Positions 1 through 12,620 of a stretch of 64,000 nucleotides of DNA are shown here, piece after piece. Source of the DNA: Octopus vulgaris (Eukaryota); NCBI GenBank assembly GCA_951406725.2, contig OX597822.1:93558001-93622000 (forward strand), written 5' to 3'. Position 1 is the stretch's first letter; each line of letters opens with the position of its first letter. Position numbers and translations under genes: made by a program. The notes beneath the pieces were generated by a model that worked only from the letters and a program-made list of their open reading frames with translations, was not told the DNA's origin and ran no database searches.

Positions 1-222
1 TTGAATCCGTATATTAAATCTTTGACCCTCCTGTCCAATTACTCGGGGATATATTAGCAATAGAGCAAAATATTTTTTAATTAATTAATGATTCAGCAAT
101 GATAGATCACTGAATATATTTCTATTTTACCCTCAGTTGCGGAATGCAGACAGAAGACCATGAAAAATAACAGAAGGAGGGAATTACATTTGAAAAAAAT
201 ATTCAGCGCTTCTATGTTCATA

Positions 223-263
<41 letters not shown>

Positions 264-369
264 ATTGTTCAGTTTAGGTATATAAAAAAGTAAATAACAT
301 TAAGGGGAGTAAAAGAAGCAGATTACTTTTTATACAGCATAAAGAAGGCGAACAAATGTCTTCTTTTTC

Positions 370-720
370 TCAGTGGAATTATGCCAGAAAAACTCATGCA
401 GATACGAAACAATTCGTTCGATGTCCCAAACTGTTATCTCAACTTCCAATTCACCCGCATCCACATATTTTCCACATTTTGTGCGTGGACATCTTGATCA
501 TGAAGATCAACAAAATGTTTTTTGTTGGTGTAGGCACGAAGATTGAGGATTCCGATGTTATTATATGCTCGCCATCCATCGCTGACTATGTGAGACCTAG
601 GCAAAATCCACTTTGTATCAGCTCAGTTAAAGTTTCTTCTGTGCGATCAGGTACTTCGACCAAAAGACACTTTCTTGAGACTCTCTCTATGCCACCGAAT
701 ACCCAATGTCCTTTTGCTTC
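370..720 (-). pseudogene. Merlin/IS1595-family DDE transposase remnant
   Basis: Minus strand reads GHWVFGGIERVSRKCLLVEVPDRTEETLTELIQ / WILPRSHIVSDGWRAYNNI / HFVDLHDQDVHAQNVENMW / SYLHEFFW, with frameshifts and stops. These match the WVFGxxER, SDxWxAY and HTxxIExxW motifs of Merlin transposases. Confidence 0.85.
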
Positions 721-874
721 TTTTACTATTTATCTCCTCCTTAATTTTTATTTACTTTTTTTATATAACGGAACAATTACCTGTATACACACACAACCAC
801 ATACAAATTGTTCACAAGCTAAACTTATTTCAATAATAAATCTCTGAACGAGATGTAAACAGTAACTGCTCGAC

Positions 875-1090
875 AACGTAAAGTATACTAGCCATCTCAA
901 TATGGCTAACCACGAAGGGTGGGTGTTACTGTAGCTTTTAGCCCCAGGAGATCATCGTCTCCAGCTGGCTTTAGGCACACTTTCTGTGCCCTTATGGTAT
1001 TTGCAAAGGGAGGTCACCTGGGGCTAAAAGCTACAGTAACACCCACTCTTAGTGGTTAGCCATATTGAGATGGCTAGTATACTTTACGTT
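875..1090. repeat. Inverted repeat, 74-bp arms (875-948 / 1017-1090), 68-bp spacer
   Basis: Arms are reverse complements with 2 mismatches (aacgtaaagtatactagccatctc...ttttagccccagg). Confidence 0.95.
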
Positions 1091-1207
1091 AAACTTATTT
1101 CGTTTATCATCTAACATTTAGTTTCTGTTTCCTTATTCAATTGTTTACTTCTTTATGGATGTATATATACATATATACACACACATATATACGTTATTTA
1201 CTTTCAG

Positions 1208-1485
1208 CTACTCGTGAGTCTGCCTTTGTGTATGCCATATCGTCGGCTGCAGTTGCCCATACTGTCACTCGAGCTTGCAGCAGCGGGAAAATGGAACAAT
1301 GTGGCTGTGATCGGATCGTACATAAAAATGCTTCGATAGAAAGCACTTTCATTTGGTCTGGCTGTTCTGATAATATAGCGTTTGGATCAGCTTTCTCTCA
1401 GACTTTTGTTGATGCAAAAGAAAGACGAAGGAAAATAAACGGTCGGAGTTTGATGAATCTTCATAATAACCAAGCTGGACGAAAG
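1208..1485 (+). CDS. Wnt4: Internal coding exon of a Wnt ligand, Wnt4-like (278 bp, phase 1 to phase 0)
   Basis: Acceptor tttactttcAG (1206-1207) and donor AAG|GTAAGA (1486). Translation [35 protein letters not shown]...[46 protein letters not shown] has the Wnt cysteine pattern. [15 protein letters not shown] resembles the Wnt4 subfamily as I recall it; no search was run. Confidence 0.9.
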
Positions 1486-1766
1486 GTAAGATAATAAGTT
1501 GTTATAATAAAGAGTGGCATATCGTGGCTTGACAGCATACCAAGGACAGTGCAAGTATTGCAGAGAAGATGTGTTATTTTGCTTATTTCTTATTTTTCAT
1601 TTACTATTACTATTACAGCCAGCTCGCTGAATCATTAGCATCTCGGGGAAAATGCTTAAGCGTCATTCCTTCAGGCTTTACGTTCTAACTTCAAATTCAG
1701 ATGAGGTTGAGACTTTGCCTCTCATCCTTTTGCAGTCGTTAAAAGTATGAGTTGATGTGCTTGATA

Positions 1767-1936
1767 GGCGCAGGAGTGGCTGTGTGGTAAGTAGCTTGTT
1801 TACCAACCACATGGTTCCGGGTTCAGTCCCACTGCGTGGAACTTTGGGCAAGTGTCTTCTACTTATAGCCTCGGGCCGACCAATGCCTTGTGAGTGGATT
1901 TGGTAGAAGGAAACTCAAAGAAGCCCGTCGTATATA

Positions 1937-1996
<60 letters not shown>

Positions 1997-2220
1997 TGTG
2001 TGTGTTTGTGTGTCTTGTGTTTGTCCCCCTAGCATTGCTTGACAACCGATGCTGGTGTGTTTATGTCCCCGTTACTTAGCAGTTCGGCAAAAGAGAGCGA
2101 TAGAATAAATACTGGGCTTACAAAAAGAATAAGTCCCGGGGTCGAGTTGCTCGATTAAAGGCAGTGCTCCAGCATGGCCGCAGTCAAATGACTGAAACAA
2201 GTAAAAGAGTAAAAGAGAGT
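1767..2220 (+). mobile_element. tRNA-derived SINE family A, full length, with internal (TA)n(TG)n
   Basis: A-box-like tggctgtgtgg, B-box-like ggttcagtccc, CORE-like ttgggcaagtgtctt, tail gactgaaacaagtaaaagag; more than 15 copies in the window. Confidence 0.85.
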
Positions 2221-2849
2221 AAAGTGTATGCAATCGACAAGCCATCTTCCCACCAAATTTCACATATTGTGTCTATACAGTCGTAGCCAAAAATTTGGAA
2301 CATCATAGAGAGAGGGAGTGAGAGAGGGAGGAACGAGAGAGAGGGGGAGAGTAAGAGAGAGGGGGAACGAGAGAGAGAGGATGATGCAGGATCAATCATG
2401 TCCACAAATCAATGTAGTCAACGTTGATCTTCAATGTAGATGCATTGCGTGTTGGTAATAATGTTAACAATATAGATGTATAAAAAAATGGAAGCAAATT
2501 AGCTGGAAGTGAAAACAATGACACCCTCATAATTTCATAGAGGCAACTGGTGAAATCCCGTAATTTAATGGACATTATGCCACAACAACGGACACCTGCT
2601 TGTATAGTACTTTCTTGTGTTATCTTCAGTAGTTCAGAATAGCTGCTGAGGTACGCCGTTCAAATGCACTATACTCAGCAACGAACACCACTGAGAAAAG
2701 CAATTCAGTGGCTTTTATGTCGATGCATGATAGCCGACATGCGTTAAATGTGAGTAATACAATAATCCTGCACTACTACTGAACCTTACAGGAAGAATCG
2801 ACGGGACATTGTGGCAATTTACCTGTCGATTCACGTCTTATATATATAT

Positions 2850-3065
2850 TGCTTTCAAGTTTTTTGGCTCAAGGCCAGTAATTTCAGGGGTTGAGATAGG
2901 TCGGTTAGATCGATTCCAGTGCTCAACCGGTACTTATTATGGCGACCCTGGAAGGGTAAAAGGCAAAGTCGACCTCGGCAGAATTTGAACTCAGAAGGTA
3001 GAGACGGACGAAATACTGCTAAGCATTTTGCCAGACGTGCTTACGATTCGACCAGCTCACCGACT
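2850..3065 (-). mobile_element. SINE family B, diverged copy
   Basis: Reverse complement of the ggcgagctggcagaa...gagttcaaattccgccgaggtcgactttgcc consensus. Confidence 0.75.
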
Positions 3066-3404
3066 TTCACGTTTTATATATTGGTGACGAGACAGATTGT
3101 TTACATGATAGTTTTGCATTTCATTGTCAAAATTTCCGATTCATTTGCGGTAATATTTTTAGCTGCACGTTATCTAGCTAATCGATACTACAGCATTTCT
3201 AAATTTGATTCAAATAATCCAATCAGGGAGTTTGGTTTACGAAACAAAATGTCTATTGTTTTTATAGGTGGTGGTCATGGTTGTAGTGTCTTTAAAATTC
3301 CTCAGCACTCGGCCTTCAAATATAAATGAGTTTGCTTTAGTTTACTTCAATTAACCAAAATATTTCAGTTAATGTTTCATCCCTGATAGATCAATGAATA
3401 TATA

Positions 3405-3800
3405 TCTTTATATATAAAAGAGAAGTTGTGTGTCTGTCTCCTACGATTTAGATTCCTAACTACTCCCACATTTTGCGGTGCAGTTTAACCAAAACCGGGT
3501 AACTTATAGTCGTCATTCATATCGAGCCCTTCTGGGTATTAGCGCGCGTCTACGATGAGTCTATGATTTTAAAAAATATTACCATCATTTTTTTCCATTT
3601 TAATGCATTTTTTCGCTATTATATAAGGGAAGTAACTCTCTAAAAATGTCTACGATGAGTCAACGATTTAAAAAAAATTTACCATCATTTGTTTTCTATT
3701 TTTAATGCAGTTTTTTGCTATTTTTTGGCTATAACTCTCTAAAAATGCTTATATAGTTATTTCCCTTACAAACCCGAGCAACGCCGGGCGATACTGCTAG
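3405..3800 (+). mobile_element. Non-autonomous Helitron-like element
   Basis: Starts A|TC (tctttatatataaaa) and ends with hairpin cccgagcaacgccggg then CTAG|T; no TSD. Same 3' end at 56890 (-) and 63942 (+). Confidence 0.75.
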
Positions 3801-4080
3801 TATGTATTAAACTTGCTAAGGAAATATTCCTTAGACAGATATAAAAGAAGGGGTTGGATGCTTGGTGGCATTTCTTGCTGCTTCTATATTCATTTTCAGG
3901 CGCGAATCGGCAGGATTGGACATCGATCAGAGTTTTTGGTTCAAATCCCGCCGAGATCAACTTTGGTTTCAATCCTTTCGTGGGGTCGGGGTGGGGGCGG
4001 GTAATAAAAAAACCACGTTAGCACTGAAGTCAATTCTTCAACTTCTTCACTTTCCCTCTCCCTTCTTCTGTCTGTCTTTC

Positions 4081-4118
<38 letters not shown>

Positions 4119-4507
4119 CGCTCTCTCCCTCATCCCTAATTCAGGGATTTTGCCTTCTCACAAGGTGTCATACGGCTTCGGCTTGAGAATTATGCTTAAG
4201 GTGCTCTTCTTTATAGATACTCATCAACGTATATGTTGATTTCACAAGTGTGAATTCAGTTGGACAACCAACCGAAACTTCATCGTCGAAACCGACGGAG
4301 AATCCGTCAAACTGATGCTCAGGTTCATTTTTAAAAATATATTTCTTATGTGTGTGTCTACACAACTCACACACACACTTATGTATATAGATGTATGCAT
4401 ACATTATCTCTGTATGTATGTATGTATGTATGTATATATATATGTGTGTGTGTGTGTGTGTGATTTTGTTTGTGAATATATATATATATATATATATATG
4501 CGCACAT

Positions 4508-4891
4508 GTGGCTGCGTGGGAAGAAGCTTGCTTCCCAACCACATGGTTCCGGGCTCAGTCCCACTGCGTGGCACCTTCGGCAAGTGTCTTCTGTTATTAC
4601 AGGGTCGACCAAATCCTTGTGAGTGGATTTGGTATACTTAAACTGAAAGAAGACTGTCATGTATATTTATATATGTATATATATATATATATATTTCTGA
4701 GTCTGTGTTTGTCCACCCACCCCCATCGACTGGTAACCGATGTTGGTGTGTTTACGTAACTTAGCGGTTCGGCAAAAGAAACCGATAGAATAAGTACTAG
4801 GGTTACAAAGAGTAAATTCTGGGGTCGATTTGTTCGACTAAAGGCGGTGCTCCAGCATGGCCGCAGTCAAATGACTGAAACAAGTAAAAAG
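4508..4891 (+). mobile_element. SINE family A
   Basis: Same head, body and tail as 1767-2220. Confidence 0.8.
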
Positions 4892-4908
4892 ATATATATC
4901 TATATCTA

Positions 4909-4959
<51 letters not shown>

Positions 4960-5065
4960 TTCTTTTTGTGTATGTGTGTGTCCTTGTCTGGGCATATTAC
5001 CATAGTACCTATCTATCTACTTACCTGTCTGTTTACCTACATATCCTTTTATCTACTTATATGTG

Positions 5066-5229
5066 ACTGTGTGGTATGTAGCTTGCTTTCCAACCACATG
5101 GTTTCGTGTTCATTCCCACCGCGTGGCACCTTGGGCAAGTGTCTTCTACTATAGCCTCGGGTCAACCAGTCTTGTGAGTAGATTTGGTAGACGGAAACTG
5201 AAAGAAGCCCATATATATATGTGTGTGTT

Positions 5230-5292
<63 letters not shown>

Positions 5293-5485
5293 ATTTGTCC
5301 CACCAACATCGTTTGACAACCGATGCTGGTGTGTTTACGTCCCCATAACTTAGCTGTTCAGCAATACAGACCAATAGAATAAGTACAAGGCTTACAAAGA
5401 ATAAGTCCTGGGGTCGATTTGCTCGACTAAAGCGGTACTCCAGCATGGCCGTTGTCAAATGACTGAAACGAGTAAAAGAATAAAA
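5066..5485 (+). mobile_element. SINE family A
   Basis: Same family, internal (TG)n. Confidence 0.8.
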
Positions 5486-5518
5486 GTATATACATACATA
5501 CATACATACATACATACA

Positions 5519-5554
<36 letters not shown>

Positions 5555-5674
5555 TCTAAGAATATATATATCCGCCTACATAACAGACTACTAACAAATC
5601 TACCTTTGTATGTATATACTGTGGGTATTGGAGTATCATTAGCTCCTAAGAGTAACAGTATACTCTTTTATACT

Positions 5675-6008
5675 CTCTTACTTGTTTCAGTCATTTGACC
5701 GCGGCCATGCTGGAGCACCGCCTTTAGTCGAGCAAATCGGCCCCGGGACTTATTCTTTGTAAGCCCAGTACTTATTCTATCGGTCTCTTTTGCCGTACCG
5801 CTAAATGACGGCGACGTACAACACACCAGCATCGGTTGTCAAGCAATGCTAGGGGGACAAACACAGACACACAAACATATACACACACATAGATATATAT
5901 ACATATATACGACGGGCTTCTTTCAGTTTCCGTCTACCAAATCCACTCACAAGGCTTTGGTCGGCCCGAGGCTATAGTAGAAGACGCTTGCCCAAGATGC
6001 CACGCAGT
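5675..6008 (-). mobile_element. SINE family A, 5'-truncated, inverted relative to its neighbour
   Basis: ttacttgtttcagtcatttg...cttgcccaagatgccacgcagt is the reverse complement of family A. Confidence 0.8.
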
Positions 6009-6295
6009 ATTATTTTTGAATAAAACACAGAACTAATATTTGTTTGGCTTCTTTATTACTTTTAGGTCGGTAAACATCCGTGGGTACGCTGACACCAGCA
6101 CACACCACAGAGACCCACTCCCACATTTCAAAGATTTTTGATCCTTTACATCATTAATTCTTATATTTATGTCATTAAATTTTGTTAAGCGTACAAAGTT
6201 AAGATATTACCATTATGGAGTTTCACCATATGCACCTCGCCGCACCCACATACTTACATACACAAATAGAAAGAATGAAAAGAAATAGATACTTC

Positions 6296-6337
6296 GATAG
6301 ATAGATAGATAGTTAGATAGATAGATAGTTAGATAGT

Positions 6338-6414
<77 letters not shown>

Positions 6415-6568
6415 GGATAAATAGATAGATAGATAGATAGATAGATAGATGATGGATGGATGGATGGATGGATGGATGGATGGATAGGTTGATAGATAGA
6501 TAGATGGATGGATGGATGGATGGATGACGGACGGACGGACGGGCAGACAGACAGACAGACAGACAGAC

Positions 6569-6639
<71 letters not shown>

Positions 6640-7023
6640 CCAAGCGAAGAATATACAGACGGACTGACAGACATGAGTACATATAAATATATTATATTAT
6701 TATACGTGTGTGGTGTGTTGTAGTCATAGCTGCATGGGGGACATCGTTGTTGCGTATATTTCATTCAAAATATATACTTACAAACATAGTATATATACAT
6801 ATACGTACATACATGCATGGTTATATATGTGTGTGTGTGTGTGTGTGTACACATGCATATGTGTATATATATGTATATATGTACATATATATATATATAT
6901 ATGTATACATGCATGCATATATATACATTTATATATGTATATATACATGTATATGTATATATACATATATATGTATATATACATATATGTATATATAAAT
7001 ATATATATATATATATATACATA

Positions 7024-7055
<32 letters not shown>

Positions 7056-7059
7056 CATA

Positions 7060-7114
<55 letters not shown>

Positions 7115-7290
7115 ATGTATATATATACATATATATCGTTCCGTCGTTATTCTGGTATCTTGATTTTCCCATGTGGATACTCATGCGTACGGGCGGGCTC
7201 CTACACGCATTCACGCACACACGTACATACGCGCAAACACACACACACATAGTGGCACACACGCACACACACACTCACACACACACACAC
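6296..7290. repeat. Compound microsatellites (GATA)n/(GATG)n/(GACA)n, then (TA)n/(CA)n
   Basis: Directly visible; representative of dozens of such tracts in the window. Confidence 0.95.
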
Positions 7291-7973
7291 AACAATGGAT
7301 TTCATACAAAACTCGCCTACTGCAAGTTGCTTAGTCAAAGCCAAACAATACAGGTCCACCGGGGATTGTCGGTTTGACTCTAATCTGAACAATCACGGTT
7401 TATCTGACAGATCTGAGGAAGTTGTCTCCTAACTCTTAATCTCTTTATCGCAATAGACTAAACAATGATATTTCAGACATCTCACATGAGGCGCAGGCTT
7501 TGGCGTATCGTTGTACGCTTCTTCTAAACTCATTCTGAAATCTCATTGATCATTCGTGGAGAAATAGGTTTCTATTGTTCGAAAATAAAAACAAATCTAA
7601 ACAAACCTGAACAACTTGCCAGATTTGAAACCTTGTCATAAGTTATTCGAAATTATTGATTTATCTTGAGTTGACGTCTCAAAGGCAACAAACCCCTAGG
7701 ATAAAATAGAAGCTTAATGTTTACGGCGGCTGATAGATAGGTCACTACGTCACCGAAATTTCATATGTGCTATATTCCTGGAAAACTGGAAGATATAGTT
7801 GATTGTGTCGACCTCAGTACATGGCTGGTATCTTATTTTCAAACGATTCTAGAAAGGTGAATGATAGTACGATTTGAACTTTAAAATGCTCCAAATAAGT
7901 TTAATCTTCCATTCTACTTATTTTGTTATCCATGTGGAATGGTGATATCATTTATTCGTGATATCATTTATAA

Positions 7974-8205
7974 GGCGGCGAGCTGGCAGAAACGTTAGCA
8001 CGCCGGGCGAAATGCGTTGCCGTATTTCGTCTGCCGTTACGTTCCGAGTTCAAATTTCGCCGAGGTCGACTTTGCCTTTCATCCTTCCGGGATCGATAAA
8101 TTAAGTACCAGTTACGCACTGGGGTCGATGTAATCGACTTAATCCGTTTGTCTGTCCTTGTTTGTCTCCTCTGTGTTTAGCCCCTTGTGGGTAGTAAAGA
8201 AATAG
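7974..8205 (+). mobile_element. tRNA-derived SINE family B, full length
   Basis: ggcggcgagctggcagaaacgttagc...gagttcaaatt...gtaaagaaatag, flanked by direct repeat gatatcatttat (TSD). Confidence 0.85.
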
Positions 8206-8849
8206 ATATCATTTATTCGTTTGAAATATTGAAGTTAATTGGTTGGTAGTTGGCAACAGTCAAAGAGTAGATGGTCATAAAGTTATATTTAACTTCCTTT
8301 GGATTTCCATAAATAAGAAATCTCTTGTATGTAAAATATTTTATGTGTACACGCAGCTCTATACCATCTCCATGACAATGAATTCTGTCAACATGTTTGC
8401 AATTCAACAATGTTACATACAAAACTAAAATGTCTCTGATGATTTGACAGTGTAACTTACATCGTGTAATTAATAATAAATTTATGTTAATGAAACGTAA
8501 GATGGTGTAACTAAATATCTTATAAACAATCTCTTTTCCGCAAACAAATTCAGGCGTGAGTGTGTGTGCGTTGGTGCGCGCGCGTATGTGTACATCTGCG
8601 TATATGTACATATGCCTGTGTGTGTTTCAAAAAAATTACTCGAAAAATCACGATTAAAAAGACTCTTCTCTTTTTTAATACATGCACACAAAAACACATA
8701 TGTATGATATATGCATGTACATAATACACACACATATTTATATATATACATATACATGCAAATATATGTACATGTGTGTGTGCATATAAGTATACACACC
8801 GTCACTCAGCCATTGAAATGTCTTAATTCTTGGGAGTTCCTTGTATATT

Positions 8850-9070
8850 TATTTCTTTATTGTCCATGGGGGGGGGAACAAACAAGGACAGATAAAGGGA
8901 TTAAGTCGATTACATCGACCCCAGTGCATAACTGGTACTTATTTAATCGACCCCGAAATGATGAAAGGAAAAGTCGACCTCGGCGGAATTTGAATTCAGA
9001 ACGTAATGGCAGACGAAATAACGCTTGGCATTTCACCCGGTGTGCTAACGTTTCTGCCAGCTCGCCGCCC
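8850..9070 (-). mobile_element. SINE family B, inverted partner of 7974-8205
   Basis: Reverse complement of the family B consensus. Confidence 0.8.
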
Positions 9071-9165
9071 TGGTTCTTTGTATATTGCATTACAGTTTCC
9101 TGTACCAAGGATTATAATATTGGATTATCATCTTGGATTACAATGTATCTTTACCTTTATATGCG

Positions 9166-9231
<66 letters not shown>

Positions 9232-9869
9232 TATCATATAATATCTATATATAGTGTGTATGTAAGAATTTATAAACTTTAACGAGAACGTGGAATAACT
9301 CTTTTGGAAACTATGGATCACGAAGCGTCTATGCCTGTACAAGCATGTGTGTTAGTGTGTGCATGCATTTGTATTTATGTACATACATGTGTATTGAAGT
9401 AAGACTATGACAGATGAAACTAATATCATTCGTTTGTCAAGAACCCTTCCTTTACCGTTCCTTTGTTTTTCCTCAATGCGGTAGCATGTGATATGAGGCA
9501 GATTTTGTTGCAACTATTCGTAGCTTCTAAGGCTATGCGTAAACAGAATCTTTAACCCGCCGGACAAAAAGTTCTTAGCGGCATTTCTTCCGACTCATTA
9601 CGTTCTGAGTTCAAATGCCACCGAGGACAACTTGACCTGTCGTCCTTTCGAGATCGATAAAATGTGTACCTGTCAAGTACTGGGGTCGATAAAATCAACT
9701 AAGTCCCCTTCCCCAAATTTCAGGCTTTGTGGCTATATTGCAAAAGGATTATCAGCTCCATCAAAGCTCCTCTCATTCACTAGTGACTGTGAATGTTTAT
9801 GAATACCTAAGACGTGAACTGTTGATCAAGATCAATATCATTATTACTTCAACTGTGTAAATCAGCTTC

Positions 9870-10256
9870 GTGGAGGCGCAATGGCCCAGTGGTTAGGGCA
9901 GCGGACTCGCGGTCATAGGATCGCGGTTTCGATTCCCAGACCGGGCGTTGAGAGTGTTTATTGAGCGAAAACACCTAAAGCTCCACGAGGCTCCGGCAGG
10001 GGATGGTGGTGATCCCTGCTGTACTCTTTCACCACAACTTTCTCTCACTCTTACTTCCTGTTTCTGTTGTACCTGTATTTCAAAGGGCCGGCCTTGTCAC
10101 TCTCTGTGTCACGCTGAATATCCCCGAGAACTACGTTAAGGGTACACGTGTCTGTGGAGTGCTCAGCCACTTACACGTTAATTTCACGAGCAGGCTGTTC
10201 CGTTGATTCGGATCAACCGGAACCCTCGTCGTCGTAACCGACGGAGTGCTTCCATC
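9870..10256 (+). mobile_element. tRNA-derived SINE family C, young, 11-bp TSD
   Basis: Head ggcgcaatggcccagtggttagggc...ggtttcgattccc; TSD aaatcagcttc at 9859-9869 and 10257-10267. Confidence 0.9.
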
Positions 10257-10474
10257 AAATCAGCTTCAGATATTTATATCTGAATATCTACAATTTAGTG
10301 AAAATTATGCAACAATGGACCATAACGAATTACATTTTATTAGAATTTAATCATAGTTTGATACGTTTCTCTTTTGAAATCTCTTTCAGCCCAACTTTGC
10401 CCTCTGAGGTTGATAAAATGAGCAGCATTTGTTTTATCATCCTTAAAAGCATAATTGTTTGTGAAATTAGTGAA

Positions 10475-11210
10475 TGCACATGGCTCAGTGGTTAGAGTGT
10501 CGGGCTCACAATCATGAGGTAGTGAGATTGATTCCCGGACCGGGCTGTGTGTTGCGTTCTTGAGCAAAACACTTTATTTCACGTCGCTCCAGTTCACTCA
10601 TCTATATCATCATCATCATCATTGTTCGACCGTGGTCGAGACAATGGAATTTACCATGCTACGCCAGACTTCACGGTCCATCATGGCATTACGGATGTCT
10701 TGTTGCTGGATGCCTGTATCCCTGGAGATTACATCAGGGTAGGAGAGTGTGCGCCCTCTGGTATTGCGAGTAGATGGCTTCCAGAGGAGAAGAGTAGAAA
10801 TTACCTCTTTTTCAGCTCTACAAAAATGTCCAGCAAACTGGACTCTCCTACCTTTCACAAGAGATGACACAGGTGGTAGTTTCCCATATATTTGCATTTT
10901 GGTTGGATGTCGCTTCCACGAGAGATTTTGAGCTCTCATAAGGAGGCGAGTGTAAGTTCCATCCAACCGCCTCTCAAGCTTCTTTGATAACGTCCATCTC
11001 TATACATGAGTTGCGACGTCACTGGTGCCAAGTTATATCGGCCTTTGCCTTTGCCTTGGATAACATCGATGGCGTGGAGAGCGGGGACTGGTACGCATGG
11101 GTGACGACTGGTCTTCCATAAAACAACCTTGCCCGGACTTGTGTCTCAGAGGGTAACTTTTTCGGTGCAATCCTATGATCATTCACGACCGAAAGAGGTC
11201 TTTACCCTTT
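10475..11210 (+). mobile_element. tRNA-derived CORE-like SINE family D, interrupted by a LINE fragment
   Basis: Head tggctcagtggttagag...gattcccgg, CORE-like ttcttgagcaaaacactt; resumes at ~11005. Partial second copy at ~50580-50705. Confidence 0.7.
10607..10998 (-). mobile_element. 5'-truncated RTE/RTEX-clade LINE 3' end with (TGA)n tail
   Basis: Open frame WTLSKKLERRLDGTYTRLLMRAQNLSW...RRVQFAGH...AMMDREVWRSMV; (tca)n tail on +; tctata direct repeat at 10601-10606 and 10999-11004. Confidence 0.85.
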
Positions 11211-11630
11211 TTTAATGGAATTATCTCCAGCACTTGTTGGCGGTATTTGAAATCAGAACAACATGACTCGGAACAATTACAGCAAGGTATTCTGCCCAAT
11301 GTTCTAATGTTTGTACCAGTTGTTTGCTTTACTAATTAGTCAGGGAGTGAAATCCTTTTTGGGGTGGATAAAATAAGTACCTATAGCAAAAAGGATTGTT
11401 GTTGTTGCTGTTAAATCGTTAACGCGTCGAACCAAAATGCTTACAGCATTTTTAACGACTCATTATGTTCTGAGATCAAATTCCACCGAGGTCAACTTTG
11501 CCTTTCATCCTTTGGACGTCGATAAAATACCAGTCAAGCACTGGGGATCGATATAATCAACTTCCCCCCCAAATCAAAAACTGCTGGCCTTCTGCCAAAA
11601 TTTGAAACCATTCTTCTTCTTCTTCTTCTT

Positions 11631-11717
<87 letters not shown>

Positions 11718-12578
11718 TTGTGAACGATAAAATAAGTACCAGTTGAGAACTGGGGTCGATGCAGTCGACGAACTCCTCTCCCAAGAATTCCAAGCTTTGT
11801 GCCTATAGTAGAAAGGATCATCATCATCATCATCATTATCATCATCATCCTACTAACACTTTCCAGTTAATCGAAAATTGTTTCTGACTGCTACGTTAAC
11901 AGTTCTTGTAACACTACAACAGCAATAACAACAACGATACTACAACATCAACAACTATATTGGTTGTTCTCTTTTCAAGTATAAAAGTTGGGTTATCAAG
12001 TGATTCCACCATCTTCCAATTCTTTGATTAAATCAACTGCCGTATCTTGCTAACTAAGGCTCTGATTACGGCAGAGGATTTTTGTTTTATTACTGAGTCA
12101 TTATTTAATAAAATATACACCAACGTGGTTGTACATACATATACACATACATGCATATATATTTATATAGATACGTACATAAATGCATATATACGCGCAC
12201 ACGAGCACAACAGATAGACACACACACACAAACATAGATACATAGACAGATAAATAGAAAGAAGAATAGATATACACACAAGCATATATACATACATACA
12301 TACATACATACAAACATACAATAAGTGCCTCTGTGTATGTGTGTGTGCGTGTGTGTAATATATATATTATACGTATGCATTTAAACTATATTTATGTATA
12401 TCTAAATATATATGTATTACTTCTTGCTCATACTGACACTACAAATTCTTTAAATATACACAAATGCATACACACACACATACTCACACACATACACACA
12501 CACACGAATATATTTACCATGCACACACATCATGAAAACGCTCTTACACACACACACTCACACACACACACACACTCA

Positions 12579-12620
<42 letters not shown>

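Noticed and set aside
356-847. 163-aa + strand ORF
   Set aside because: Antisense shadow of the Merlin transposase remnant.
1141-1207. N-terminal part of the Wnt ORF in the track ([10 protein letters not shown]...)
   Set aside because: Intronic; lies upstream of the AG acceptor at 1206-1207.
6040-6075. Polypyrimidine tract plus AG|GT (possible recursive splice site)
   Set aside because: Weak donor (GTCGGT); such strings are expected by chance in AT-rich introns without RNA evidence.
9870-9950. tRNA gene
   Set aside because: A/B boxes are present but it is the head of a TSD-flanked SINE; I could not build a full cloverleaf.
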